From positions 1 through 26,460 of the forward strand of contig JBBDRO010000070.1 of NCBI GenBank assembly GCA_040905425.1: DNA of 26,460 nucleotides. The letters are read 5' to 3'. Each line of letters opens with the position of its first letter. Position 1 is the stretch's first letter. Positions 8,038 through 17,410 of the stretch are shown one piece after another. This DNA comes from Gemmatimonadota bacterium. Its GTDB lineage: Bacteria > Gemmatimonadota > Gemmatimonadetes > Longimicrobiales > RSA9. The translations under genes were made by a program, and so were the position numbers. The notes beneath the pieces were generated by a model. It did not search any database. It was not told the origin of the DNA and saw nothing but the letters and a program-made list of their open reading frames with translations.

Positions 8038-9783
8038 ATGATGGCAACCCTCTCTCCCGTCCAACGCCGGACTCTGCTGGCGGCACTAGTCCTGTGCGCC
8101 GCGCCTGCCGCCCTGCGCGGCCAGGCAGCGGCGGTGGACACGCAGGTGGTGGACACCACGGCCGCCGCCGCGTCAGCTGTGGTGGTGGCGGGGGACACCC
8201 TCGCGCGCATCCACGTCCGCCTGGGTCCGTATGCGGCGGCGGAGCGCGCGGCGGCCATCCAGGGCCGCATCGAGGCGCTGATCCGCGATCCGCTGGCCCG
8301 GGTGGATTCCGTGCGGGTGCGCCCCGACACGCTCACGGGTGCGCTGGACCTGGAAGCGGGCGGCGTGGTGTTGATGAGCGTGACTCCCGCGGATGCCGCC
8401 GCGGCGGGGGCGCCCATCGAGGTCCTGGCGGCGGGCCTGGCCGCCGACTTCGGCCGGACGCTACGCGCCCGCTCGGAGAGTCTCGACCGCCGCGCGCTCC
8501 TGCTGGGGGTGCTCTACAGCATCCTGGCCACCTCGGCGCTGGTGCTGCTGCTCCGCTTCCTGAACGCGTTCTTCCCGAAGTCCTACCGGCTGCTCGGGAT
8601 GTGGCGCACCACGCGCCTGCCCGCCATCCGCTTCCAGGGCCTGGAACTGGTCAGCGCCGAGCGCATCTACACCGTGCTGCTGGCCGGCGCCCGGCTGCTA
8701 CGCGGTGTGCTCACGCTGCTCCTGCTCTACTTCTTCGTGCCGCTGGTGCTCAGTTTCTTCCCGTGGACCCGCGGCATGGCCGACCAGCTCGTGGGCTGGG
8801 TCGTGGGTCCCTTCGTGAGGGTGCTGAACGCCAGCCTGGGCTTCATCCCGGATCTGTTCGCCATCCTGGTCATCGTGGCGGTGACGTGGTGGGTGCTGAA
8901 GCTCATCAGGCTGGTGTTCAACGCGCTGGAGAACGGCACCATCCAGGTGGCCGGCTTCTACGCGGACTGGGCGGGGCCCACCTACGGGATCGTCCGCTTC
9001 CTGGCCGTGGCGCTGGCGCTGGTCTTCATCTGGCCCTATCTGCCCGCCCACGACTCACCGCAGTTCAAGGGCGTGGCGGCGTTCCTGGGCCTGCTCGTCT
9101 CCTTCGGGTCGGCGGGCGCCGTGGGCAATATCGTGGGCGGGCTGGTGATGATCTACATGCGCCCGTTCCAGGTGGGTGACCACGTCAGGATCTCGGATAC
9201 CGTGGGTGACGTGGTGGGCAAGACGCTCCTGGCCACGCGCATCCGCACACCCAAGAACGTGGACATCACCATCCCCAACGCCATGGTGCTGGGCAGCCAC
9301 ATCATCAACTACAGTTCCACGGCGCGCACCGGGGGCGTGATCCTGCACACCACGATCACCATCGGCTACGACGTGCCGTGGCGGAAGGTCCACGAGACCC
9401 TCATTGCCGCGGCGTCCGCCACGGCGGACGTCTGGCCGGCGCCCGAACCCTTCGTGTTGCAGACCAGCCTGGATGACTTCTACGTGGCCTACCAGTTGAA
9501 CGTCTACACGGAACACGCCAGCCGGATGAACCGCCTGTATTCCGCGCTGCACCAGAACATCCAGGACTACTGCGCCGCGGCCGGCATCGAGATCATGTCC
9601 CCGCACTACGGCGCGTTGCGTGACGGCCACCAGAGCACCATTCCCGCGGGGCACCTGCCACCGGACTATCGCGCGCCCGCCTTCCGCGTGAGCGCCGTTC
9701 CCGCGGCGGAGCACGGCACGGCCCGCAAGGAAAAGCCCGCTGCACCGCCGCATGATGACCGCCAGATCGGGCTCTTTTCGTAA
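8038..9783 (+). CDS. Small-conductance mechanosensitive channel (MscS family) with N-terminal exported domain
   Basis: Signal peptide, several TM helices, NIVGGLVMIYMRPFQVGDHV, IPN, IGYDVPW. Start 8038 or 8041. Confidence 0.92.
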   Translation: MMATLSPVQRRTLLAALVLCAAPAALRGQAAAVDTQVVDTTAAAASAVVVAGDTLARIHVRLGPYAAAERAAAIQGRIEALIRDPLARVDSVRVRPDTLTGALDLEAGGVVLMSVTPADAAAAGAPIEVLAAGLAADFGRTLRARSESLDRRALLLGVLYSILATSALVLLLRFLNAFFPKSYRLLGMWRTTRLPAIRFQGLELVSAERIYTVLLAGARLLRGVLTLLLLYFFVPLVLSFFPWTRGMADQLVGWVVGPFVRVLNASLGFIPDLFAILVIVAVTWWVLKLIRLVFNALENGTIQVAGFYADWAGPTYGIVRFLAVALALVFIWPYLPAHDSPQFKGVAAFLGLLVSFGSAGAVGNIVGGLVMIYMRPFQVGDHVRISDTVGDVVGKTLLATRIRTPKNVDITIPNAMVLGSHIINYSSTARTGGVILHTTITIGYDVPWRKVHETLIAAASATADVWPAPEPFVLQTSLDDFYVAYQLNVYTEHASRMNRLYSALHQNIQDYCAAAGIEIMSPHYGALRDGHQSTIPAGHLPPDYRAPAFRVSAVPAAEHGTARKEKPAAPPHDDRQIGLFS

Positions 9784-9813
9784 GCGACGTCCCGCTTCAC
9801 GCTACACGCCCGG

Positions 9814-10998
9814 TCAACGTCCTGCGCGGAGCCGGTACACCACCACCCGGTGATGCCCTGCGGGCGCCTCCTCCACCACGGCCACGCGATTGTCTCGAAT
9901 GGCCGGGCGCACCCGTTCATGGCGCGCGGCCGCGGGTGCGCTGCCCAGGAGGCGGCCCTCCGGCGAGAACACGTCCCAGCCGCGGCCCTGGCCGCCCAGC
10001 GTCTCCACCCACATGCGCCCACGCTCGTCGAAGGCAATGTGCTCCAGCGGCGGCAGGATCTCGTAGTCGCCGCGGCCCGCCGGATCGCAGGATGTGCCCA
10101 TGGGCAGCTCGCCGCGCCAGTCGTCATATTCGGCGTCCAGCCGGGTGCGCATGGAGTCCGGCACGGCGGTGGGCCGATCGGGGCGGCTCACGGTGCGCAT
10201 CGTGTCGCCTGCGGTGTCCAGGAAGGCAATGCGGTAGGCGTCACTCCAGGCGGTGGCCATGAGCCCGCCCGGGGCGGGCACGGCCAGGCGGCGAGGCGCC
10301 AGCGGGTCCGTCCAGAAATGGATGCTGCCGTCGTGCGAGTCGCACTCCAACCCGGTCACCACGGCGCGCTCCGGCGCGGGCGGCGGCACGATGGTGTCGA
10401 AGGGCCCGGCGCTGGTCATCAGGATGTAGCCGAGCGCGCGTTCGGCCCCGCTCGGCACCAGGCTCATCATGGCCACGATGCCGCCGCCCAGGTCGTGGAA
10501 CCAGTCGGCCGTCCCCGTCATGCGCAGCATGGGCCACTGGCCGAGTTGCACGCCGCGCCGGTCGAGCAGGGAGAGGCGGCCGTTGCCCGGGTCCATGACC
10601 ACCAGCGTGTCCCCCAGAAAGGCCATGGCCGGCACGCTGCGGAATTCCCCCGGCCCGCCGCCCTGGCCCCCCAGCGCCCGCACGTGCGCGCCCGCGCTGT
10701 TGAAGACCTGGATCTGGCGGAGTGCGTCGTCGGCCACGTAGACGTTGCCCGTCCGGTCCAGCGCCAGCCAGCGGATGGTGCCGAATTCGTCGGGCGCCGG
10801 ATCGTCTCCCTGCCCGCCCAGGCTACCGATGACCCGCTCCGGTGCCAGCGTCCAGGGCGGGGCGGCGCCCACGTTCACCGCCCGCACCACCCCCGCCACG
10901 GTGTCCACCCGGAAGGTCTCGGCCGCGGGCGCGTCACCCGAACCGGCGCACGCGGCCAGGGCCGGGAGCGCGGTGAGGAGGAAGCAGCATCGTCGCAT
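9814..10998 (-). CDS. 6-bladed beta-propeller (NHL-like) lipoprotein
   Basis: Lipobox LAAC; GNVYVAD, GGQGGGPGEF and FDERGRMWV blade motifs. Confidence 0.85.
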   Translation of the reverse strand: MRRCCFLLTALPALAACAGSGDAPAAETFRVDTVAGVVRAVNVGAAPPWTLAPERVIGSLGGQGDDPAPDEFGTIRWLALDRTGNVYVADDALRQIQVFNSAGAHVRALGGQGGGPGEFRSVPAMAFLGDTLVVMDPGNGRLSLLDRRGVQLGQWPMLRMTGTADWFHDLGGGIVAMMSLVPSGAERALGYILMTSAGPFDTIVPPPAPERAVVTGLECDSHDGSIHFWTDPLAPRRLAVPAPGGLMATAWSDAYRIAFLDTAGDTMRTVSRPDRPTAVPDSMRTRLDAEYDDWRGELPMGTSCDPAGRGDYEILPPLEHIAFDERGRMWVETLGGQGRGWDVFSPEGRLLGSAPAAARHERVRPAIRDNRVAVVEEAPAGHHRVVVYRLRAGR

Positions 10999-11034
10999 AA
11001 CGTTCCGTGGTGGAGGGAAGCCGAGGCCGGGAGC

Positions 11035-11370
11035 TCAGTACAAGCGGCCGCCGAGGGGTACGTCCCGATCGGGTCGGAGGAGGATCACTTCACCGTCCTC
11101 ATCCGGCACGCCCAGGACCAGCACCTCGGACATCATGGGCCCGATCTGGCGCGGCGGAAAGTTCACCACCGCCAGCACCTGGCGACCGGCAAGGCTCTCC
11201 GGCGTGTAGTGGCGGTTGAGCTGCGCGCTGGATTTGCGCGTACCCAGCTCCGCTCCGAAATCGATCCAGAGCTTGATGGACGGTTTGCGTGCCTCGGGAA
11301 AGGGCTCGGCGCGCGTCACCCGGCCCACGCGGATCTCCACGCGTTCAAAATCGCTGTACGAAATGGTCAC
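11035..11370 (-). CDS. csaA: tRNA-binding OB-fold protein / secretion chaperone CsaA
   Basis: VTISYSDFERVEIRVG...FPEARKP...IDFG..G.RKSSAQ...VVNFPPRQIG...SEVLVLG; GTG 11370 with GGAGAG RBS; 111 aa. Confidence 0.93.
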   Translation of the reverse strand: MTISYSDFERVEIRVGRVTRAEPFPEARKPSIKLWIDFGAELGTRKSSAQLNRHYTPESLAGRQVLAVVNFPPRQIGPMMSEVLVLGVPDEDGEVILLRPDRDVPLGGRLY

Positions 11371-11463
11371 GGCAGCTCTCCGTCCGGATGGTAGGGAACG
11401 CGATAAGTTGTTGTGGGTAAACATGTTGCGGATCACACACCCGTTCTCCCGACAGGATAAGGT

Positions 11464-12975
11464 ATGACGCCACGCAGCCACGTTGCCACCCCTCTGCGCG
11501 CTCTTGCGGCGCTCGCCGGCGTGACGTTGCTGGCGGCGTGCTCCGACGGTGTCACGGCGCCGCCGCAGCCGGCCGCCCTCGAAGTGGCGGCGGGTGCGCG
11601 TCAGAGCGCGGCCGTGGGCAGTGCCCTGGCCACCGCTCCCGCCGTGCGGGTCGTGGACGCCGCGGGGCGCGGTGTGGGCGGCGTGGAGGTGGCCTTCAGC
11701 GTGCTGGCGGGCGGCGGCAGCGTGGCGGCCGCCACGGCCGTGACCGACCGCGCCGGTCTGGCCACCGGCGCATGGACGCTGGGCACCACCCCGGGTGTGA
11801 ATGAACTGCGCGCCTCCGCCGCGGGGCTGGGCGCCGTCACCTTCACGGCCGCGGCGGTCCCCGGCGCCGCGGCGCACGTCAGCGCGCGCGCCGGAGACGG
11901 GCTGGCGGCGCTGGCGGGCTCCGTCACCGCCGAGGCGCCCACGGTGGCCGTCACGGACGCCTACGGCAACGCCGTGGCCGGCGTGAGCGTGCGCTTTGCC
12001 GTGCGCTCCGGCGGCGGCCAGGTGAGCGGCGCGAGCGCGGTGACCGACGCCAGCGGTCTGGCGAGTGTCGGTAGCTGGACGCTGGGGCAACCGGGCCTGA
12101 ACGAACTCACGGCCACGGTCACTGGCCTGCCGGCCGTGGTGTTCACCGCCACCGCGCAGCTGGAACAGACCGGGGGTGGCTACGACATCGAGGTGCGTTA
12201 TCTCTCGGCGTCCACGGCGCGGCAGCGCCAGGCCGTGGAGGCCGCCGTGGCCCGCTGGGAGGGCGTCATCGTGGGGGACCTGCCGGACGTACGGCTCCAG
12301 TATGACAACGTCTGCGGCCGCAGCGGACTGGCGGTGGACCAGTGGGTGGATGATCTGCTCGTGTACGTGGACTTCGACACCATCGACGGCGTGGGCAAGA
12401 TTCTGGGCCAGGCGGGCCCGTGCTTCATCCGTGGCGACGGCAGCAAGCTGCCGGTGGCGGGCATCGTCATCCTGGACGGCGCCGATCTGGCCGCCATGCA
12501 GGCGGACGGCTCGCTGGATGACGTGGTACTGCACGAGATCGGTCACGTGCTGGGCATCGGGACGCTCTGGCCCACGCTGAGTCTGCTGGCCGGCGCCGGC
12601 ACCTCCGATCCGTACTTCACCGGCGCGGAGGGACGGCGCGCCTTCGCCAGCGCGGGAGGCTCCAGCTATACGGGCGAGCACGTCCCGGTGGAGAACACGG
12701 GGGGCGCCGGCACGCGGGACGCCCACTGGCGGGAAAACGTGCTCGGCAACGAGCTCATGACCGGTTTCATCTCGGCGTCGGCCAATCCGCTGAGCGGACT
12801 GACCGTGGGCTCGCTCGCCGACCTGGGGTACACGGTGGCCATGAGCGCCGCGGACGGCTTTACCGTGGGTGCCGGCGGCGTGCACGGCTATCAGGCACCC
12901 GGCGCGGAGCACGTCCGGGAGCTGGTGGAGCGGCCGCTGCCCTTCCTGCCGATTCCGGTACCGACCGGCGGCTAG
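11464..12975 (+). CDS. Lipoprotein: two Ig-like repeats plus leishmanolysin-like (M8) zinc metallopeptidase
   Basis: Lipobox LAAC; two ~100-aa repeats (V.V.D..G..V.GV.V.F.V..GGG.V...TD..G.A..G.WTLG); HEIGHVLG, AHW, ELMTG. Confidence 0.9.
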   Translation: MTPRSHVATPLRALAALAGVTLLAACSDGVTAPPQPAALEVAAGARQSAAVGSALATAPAVRVVDAAGRGVGGVEVAFSVLAGGGSVAAATAVTDRAGLATGAWTLGTTPGVNELRASAAGLGAVTFTAAAVPGAAAHVSARAGDGLAALAGSVTAEAPTVAVTDAYGNAVAGVSVRFAVRSGGGQVSGASAVTDASGLASVGSWTLGQPGLNELTATVTGLPAVVFTATAQLEQTGGGYDIEVRYLSASTARQRQAVEAAVARWEGVIVGDLPDVRLQYDNVCGRSGLAVDQWVDDLLVYVDFDTIDGVGKILGQAGPCFIRGDGSKLPVAGIVILDGADLAAMQADGSLDDVVLHEIGHVLGIGTLWPTLSLLAGAGTSDPYFTGAEGRRAFASAGGSSYTGEHVPVENTGGAGTRDAHWRENVLGNELMTGFISASANPLSGLTVGSLADLGYTVAMSAADGFTVGAGGVHGYQAPGAEHVRELVERPLPFLPIPVPTGG

Positions 12976-13086
12976 GCCAGAAACAGGTGGTGCATTCCGC
13001 GCCGCGGTTTTAACTTTGTGGATGTGAGACGGGGGCGCCCGACCGGGCACCACCCGCTCCATCTGCTCCTCCAAATCCAACCGGCG

Positions 13087-15231
13087 ATGAAGCTGATGGC
13101 AGACTCGATGCGTGCCCCCCGCATGGGGGTTCTAATCTCTCTGGTGCTTGGGAGCGTGCTGCTGGCCTCCTGCAAGGACGCCACCAAGCCGCCCGTCCCC
13201 ACGGAGCTCGAGAGGGTGGCCGGGGATGGCCAGAGTGCCACGGTGAATACCGCCGTCACCACGCCGCCGGCCGTGCGCGTACTGGACGAGCTCGGCAACC
13301 CCATGGCCGGAGAGACGGTGACGTTCACCGTGGTGGCGGGGGGTGGCAGCGTTGCGGGCGCCTCCGCCACGACGGACGCCACCGGCCTGGCCACGGCGGG
13401 CGCCTGGACGCTCGGCACCGCCAAGGGCGCCAACCGGCTGCGGGCCAGTTCGGGTTCGCTCAACGTGGAGTTCGAGGCCATGGGCACGGCGGCGGGCCCC
13501 GCCGACCTGGCCAGGGTGACGGGTGACGGCCAGGTTGCCCCGGTGGTGAGTGCGGTGAGCGTCAAGCCGTCCGTGCGTGTGGTGGATGAGTTCGGCAACC
13601 CGGTGGAGGGTCGCCGCGTCACCTTCGCGCCGGCCCAGAGCAGCGGCAGCGTAACGGGCGCCACGCCCAACACGGACGCCACCGGAACGGCCACCGTGGG
13701 CAACTGGACGCTCGGCTCGCAGGCGGGCACGCAGACGCTGCGCGCCACCGTGACCGGGCTGCCCGAGGTGGAGTTTACCGCCACCGCCGAACCGGGCGTT
13801 GCCACCAAGGTCATCGTGGCTTCCGGTGATGCCCAGACGGGCGCGGTGGGCAGCGCCGTGGCGGCGCCCACCGCGCGCGTGGCGGATCAGTATGGCAACG
13901 GCCGGCCCGGCCACACGGTGACCTTCACCGTGACCGGCGGCGGGGGCTCCGTAAGCGGCGCCACGGGCACCAGCGGGCCGGACGGGACCGTCACCGTGGG
14001 CGGCTGGACGCTGGGCACCCTGCCCGGGGCGAACACGCTGAGCGCCAGCGCACCCGGCCTGACACCCGTCACCTTCGCGGCCACCGCCGAGCCCGGCCCG
14101 CCCGCCAGCCTGGTCGTGGCCGCCGGGGACGCCCAGACGGCCGACCCGGGCGCGGAGGTGCCCGTGCGGCCCGCCGTGCGCGTCAATGACATTTACGGCA
14201 ACGCCGTGCCCCAGGCCACGGTCACCTTCGCGGTGGCGAGCGGCGGCGGCAGCGTGAGTGGCGCCACGCAGGTGACGGACTTCACCGGCGTGGCCACCGC
14301 CGGCGGCTGGACCCTCGGCCCGAACCCGGGCCAGAACACCCTCACGGCCACGGTCTCGGGGCTGGCGCCGCTCACCTTTACGGCCACCGCCTCCACCGGG
14401 GCCGGGGGCGGCAGCGGCAGCTACTCCATCACCATCCGCTACATCAATGCGGGCACGACGGCCCAGCAGGCGGCGGTGGCCGCGGCGGTGGCGCGCTGGG
14501 AGGAAGTGATCACGGGGGACCAGGCCGATGTCCAGGTTACCGTTTCCAACGTCTGTGGCATCACCGGCCTCAACGTGGACGAGGTGGTGGATGACGTCCT
14601 CATCTACGTGGACTTCGCGGAGATCGACGGCGTGGGCAAGGTCCTGGGACAGGCCGGACCATGCCGGATCCGCAGCTCCAACGCGCTCACCACCGTGGGC
14701 ATTGTCATGCTGGACGGCGCCGATCTGGCCGGCATGGAGACCAACGGCACGCTGGAGGACGTGATCCTGCACGAGATCGGCCACGTGCTGGGCATCGGCA
14801 CGCTCTGGGAGACGCTGGGTCTGCTGGCCGCCAAGGTGACCAGCACCGAGCCGAACAACCTGCCTGCCTTCACCGGGGCAGCCGCGATCGCCGCCTTTGA
14901 CGGCTCGGGCGGCCAGACCCACACGGGCGCCAAGGTTCCCGTGGAGAACACCGGCGGCGCGGGCACCGCCAACTCGCACTGGCGCGAGACCGTCATGACC
15001 AACGAGCTGATGACCGGCTTCATTGCCGCTGGCAACAATCCCCTCAGCCTGATCACGGTCATGTCCCTGCAGGATATCGGCTACGTGATCAATGCGGCCG
15101 TAGCGGACAGCTACACCGTGACCAACCCGGTGCGCGCCCAAGGGGACGTCGAGCAGCTGCTGCAGCTGAAGGAGTTGCCGCTGCCGTTCGCGCCGAAGGT
15201 GGACTACGACGGTCCGGTCATCCGCCGCTGA
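13087..15231 (+). CDS. Lipoprotein: four Ig-like repeats plus leishmanolysin-like (M8) zinc metallopeptidase
   Basis: Lipobox LASC; four WTLG repeats; HEIGHVLG, SHW, ELMTG. Start uncertain (13087-13123). Confidence 0.9.
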   Translation: MKLMADSMRAPRMGVLISLVLGSVLLASCKDATKPPVPTELERVAGDGQSATVNTAVTTPPAVRVLDELGNPMAGETVTFTVVAGGGSVAGASATTDATGLATAGAWTLGTAKGANRLRASSGSLNVEFEAMGTAAGPADLARVTGDGQVAPVVSAVSVKPSVRVVDEFGNPVEGRRVTFAPAQSSGSVTGATPNTDATGTATVGNWTLGSQAGTQTLRATVTGLPEVEFTATAEPGVATKVIVASGDAQTGAVGSAVAAPTARVADQYGNGRPGHTVTFTVTGGGGSVSGATGTSGPDGTVTVGGWTLGTLPGANTLSASAPGLTPVTFAATAEPGPPASLVVAAGDAQTADPGAEVPVRPAVRVNDIYGNAVPQATVTFAVASGGGSVSGATQVTDFTGVATAGGWTLGPNPGQNTLTATVSGLAPLTFTATASTGAGGGSGSYSITIRYINAGTTAQQAAVAAAVARWEEVITGDQADVQVTVSNVCGITGLNVDEVVDDVLIYVDFAEIDGVGKVLGQAGPCRIRSSNALTTVGIVMLDGADLAGMETNGTLEDVILHEIGHVLGIGTLWETLGLLAAKVTSTEPNNLPAFTGAAAIAAFDGSGGQTHTGAKVPVENTGGAGTANSHWRETVMTNELMTGFIAAGNNPLSLITVMSLQDIGYVINAAVADSYTVTNPVRAQGDVEQLLQLKELPLPFAPKVDYDGPVIRR

Positions 15232-15634
15232 GGCGCGCTGCCTCGTAGCGCACTCGCACCTCCCGGAAGGTGGTGTCCCGCTTCAGCACCGTGAGTTCCG
15301 CGGGGTAGCGGACGACCAGGCGGCGGGCGTCTGCCCACGTCACGGAGAGCACTGTGGTGTCCGGCGTGCCGGCGGCCTGGAAGAGATTGCCGATGTCCTC
15401 CGAAACGCGGGCGCCCGCGAAGACCACCGAGAGGTTGGTGGAGGTGGCCTCCTCATCACAGATGCGGCCGAAGAGGACCGCGTCGTAGGCACCGTCGGGA
15501 GCGGGACGACGCAGCAGTTCCGTGTTCTCGCAGCGGCGGCCGGCCACTGCGCAGGCGGCGAGCAGGGGCAGCAGCAGCGCCAGCGCCGCGACGCTCGCAC
15601 GGACGGTCGGGCGGATGGTAGGTGGTCGGGTCAT
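15218..15634 (-). CDS. Hypothetical lipoprotein
   Basis: Lipobox LAAC, Cys pair (CEN, RIC), beta-rich; 3-nt gap to upstream gene. Confidence 0.75.
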   Translation of the reverse strand: MTRPPTIRPTVRASVAALALLLPLLAACAVAGRRCENTELLRRPAPDGAYDAVLFGRICDEEATSTNLSVVFAGARVSEDIGNLFQAAGTPDTTVLSVTWADARRLVVRYPAELTVLKRDTTFREVRVRYEAARLSGG

Positions 15635-15637
15635 CCT

Positions 15638-16339
15638 TCAGCTTCGTGGCCCCGGGCGGATGCGCTGGAAGTACGCGGCGTGGGGGCCCTGGTAGCCGCC
15701 GCGCAGTTCCTCGAACCAGGCCGGCGCCGTGACCTCGCCGGCGCCCCGGCGGGCGGTGAGCGGGTTGTGACGCTCGAAGCGCCGATCCAGCAGTACCACG
15801 TGTTCCAGCAGCACCAGGAGCGCCGTGCGCAGGTGCCCGTCCCCGAAGTTCAGCGGGTTGCCGGGCAGGTCGGCCGGGCGGTAGCGCCGGTCCTGGCCAG
15901 CCGCCGACTCCACCAGCACCGGCGCCGCGCGGCCCAGGTCATCCAGGCGTAGCTGCTCCACGAAGCGGGCCGGGCGGGGCCGCAGCACGGCGTCCCGGAA
16001 TTCCTCCACGTCCCGGAGCAGGCGTTGGCGGCGGCGTGACATCTCGCGTTCGCCCACCAGCTCCCCGACGCGCTGCTCGAGCGGCCGCGTGCGCCATTCC
16101 GCTTCGGGCACACGCACCCGGCCGGGAATGCCGTGCTCGGCCTGCACCTCGTTGGCGCGCGCCTCGAGCGCGCTGCACGCCCAGATGAACGCGCCCAGTC
16201 GGCGGCGCAGACGCTCCCAGCGCAGCACCTCCTCCGGTCCCGCCATGGCGTCATCCCCGAGCGCGTCCCAGTCGGCCACGGCGCAGGTCAGAAACACCTG
16301 CGCGGGGGAGAGCGCGTCCTCGTGCTGCCGGGGGCTCAT
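15638..16339 (-). CDS. Hypothetical helical protein, possibly degenerate HEPN fold
   Basis: Translationally coupled (ATGA overlap 16336-16339). AFIWACSALEARANE ... LRDVEEFRDAVLRPRP resembles HEPN helices. Confidence 0.65.
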   Translation of the reverse strand: MSPRQHEDALSPAQVFLTCAVADWDALGDDAMAGPEEVLRWERLRRRLGAFIWACSALEARANEVQAEHGIPGRVRVPEAEWRTRPLEQRVGELVGEREMSRRRQRLLRDVEEFRDAVLRPRPARFVEQLRLDDLGRAAPVLVESAAGQDRRYRPADLPGNPLNFGDGHLRTALLVLLEHVVLLDRRFERHNPLTARRGAGEVTAPAWFEELRGGYQGPHAAYFQRIRPGPRS

Positions 16340-16623
16340 CGGTCCTCCCCGTCCCGGTCCACACGCCTGGCTGTCCGGCCCACGGCCCGCTCGAGCAGGA
16401 GACCGGCCACCACCTCGAAGAGGCCGAAAAGCGCCACCCAGTCACGCATGGGCGCCTCCATGAAGGCGTAGGCCACGCCGATGAGGAGCAGGCCGGACGC
16501 CGTGGCGAAGCGCGCGGCCCAGCCCGGCGAGCGGATGCCCCGAGCGCCCTCACGCACCAGCAGCACCACGATCACCAGGGCCAGGGCAAAGAGGAGGCCG
16601 CCCGCTATCCTGATCAGGTTCAC
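16336..16623 (-). CDS. Small 3-TM membrane protein
   Basis: Three hydrophobic stretches; GTG start with GGAG upstream; coupled to neighbours. Confidence 0.75.
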   Translation of the reverse strand: MNLIRIAGGLLFALALVIVVLLVREGARGIRSPGWAARFATASGLLLIGVAYAFMEAPMRDWVALFGLFEVVAGLLLERAVGRTARRVDRDGEDR

Positions 16624-16654
16624 CTGTGCACTCCAGGTCGGAGGTGTTGTTGGT

Positions 16655-17407
16655 TCAGTCGGCCGCGCCCGGCCACGCGGCGGCCACGAGCCGTGGGAGC
16701 AGTGCGCCGGCGGCGCCCGCCAGGTGGAGGGCGCCGGGGGGCGCGGCGGCCGGATCCGGGTTCACCACAAGCACCGTGGCGCCAGCCCGCTCGGCCAGCG
16801 GGATCAGGCCCGCCGCTGGATACACCAGCGCAGAGGTCCCCACGGAGAGCAGCACCTGGCACCGGCCGGCCGCCGCGCTGGCCGCGTGCAGCGTCTCCAT
16901 CGGCAGTGGCTCGCCGAACCATACCACGTCGGGGCGGAGCGGCGCCCCGCAGGCGGGGCAGGGCGGAGGCCCCTCCCCCTCCGCCGACTCCTCAAAGTGG
17001 CGGATGATACGGCCTTCCGCCGAGCAGCGCACGCGGGTGATGTCCCCGTGCAGCTCCAGCACACCCGTGCTCCCCGCGCGCCGGTGCAGCCCGTCCACGT
17101 TCTGCGTGACCAGCGTGAAGTGTGGCAGCTGGCGCTGCATGGCGGCCATGGCATGATGGGCCGGGTTGGGCTCGGCGCGCGCCACCAGCGCGCGGCGCCA
17201 GGCGTACCAGCTCCACACCAGGGCGGGATCGCGCGCGAACGCCTCCGGCGTGGCCAGTTCCTCGGCGCGATAGCGGGACCAGAGTCCCGTCTGCGCGTCC
17301 CGGAACGTGGGGATGCCGCTTTCCGCCGACACGCCGGCGCCGCTCAGGGCCACCACGCGCCGGGCGGTGCGCAGGAGATCGGCCGCGGCGGCCAGGACGG
17401 CCTCCAT
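16655..17407 (-). CDS. cobB: NAD-dependent protein deacylase (class III sirtuin)
   Basis: GAGVSAESGIPTFR, TQNVDGLH, HG, RPDVVWFGE, GTSALVYPA; WYAWRR has the Tyr/Arg pair typical of desuccinylases. Confidence 0.95.
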   Translation of the reverse strand: MEAVLAAAADLLRTARRVVALSGAGVSAESGIPTFRDAQTGLWSRYRAEELATPEAFARDPALVWSWYAWRRALVARAEPNPAHHAMAAMQRQLPHFTLVTQNVDGLHRRAGSTGVLELHGDITRVRCSAEGRIIRHFEESAEGEGPPPCPACGAPLRPDVVWFGEPLPMETLHAASAAAGRCQVLLSVGTSALVYPAAGLIPLAERAGATVLVVNPDPAAAPPGALHLAGAAGALLPRLVAAAWPGAAD

Positions 17408-17410
17408 GGT

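Noticed and set aside
11371..13080. 681-aa ORF appearing as a long N-terminal extension of CsaA
   Set aside because: The extension is the antisense shadow of the M8 lipoprotein; the real start is GTG 11370 with its own RBS.
15638..17407. Sirtuin plus HEPN-like gene as an anti-phage defence system
   Set aside because: The sirtuin is a canonical housekeeping CobB rather than a SIR2 NADase effector, and the HEPN His is absent.
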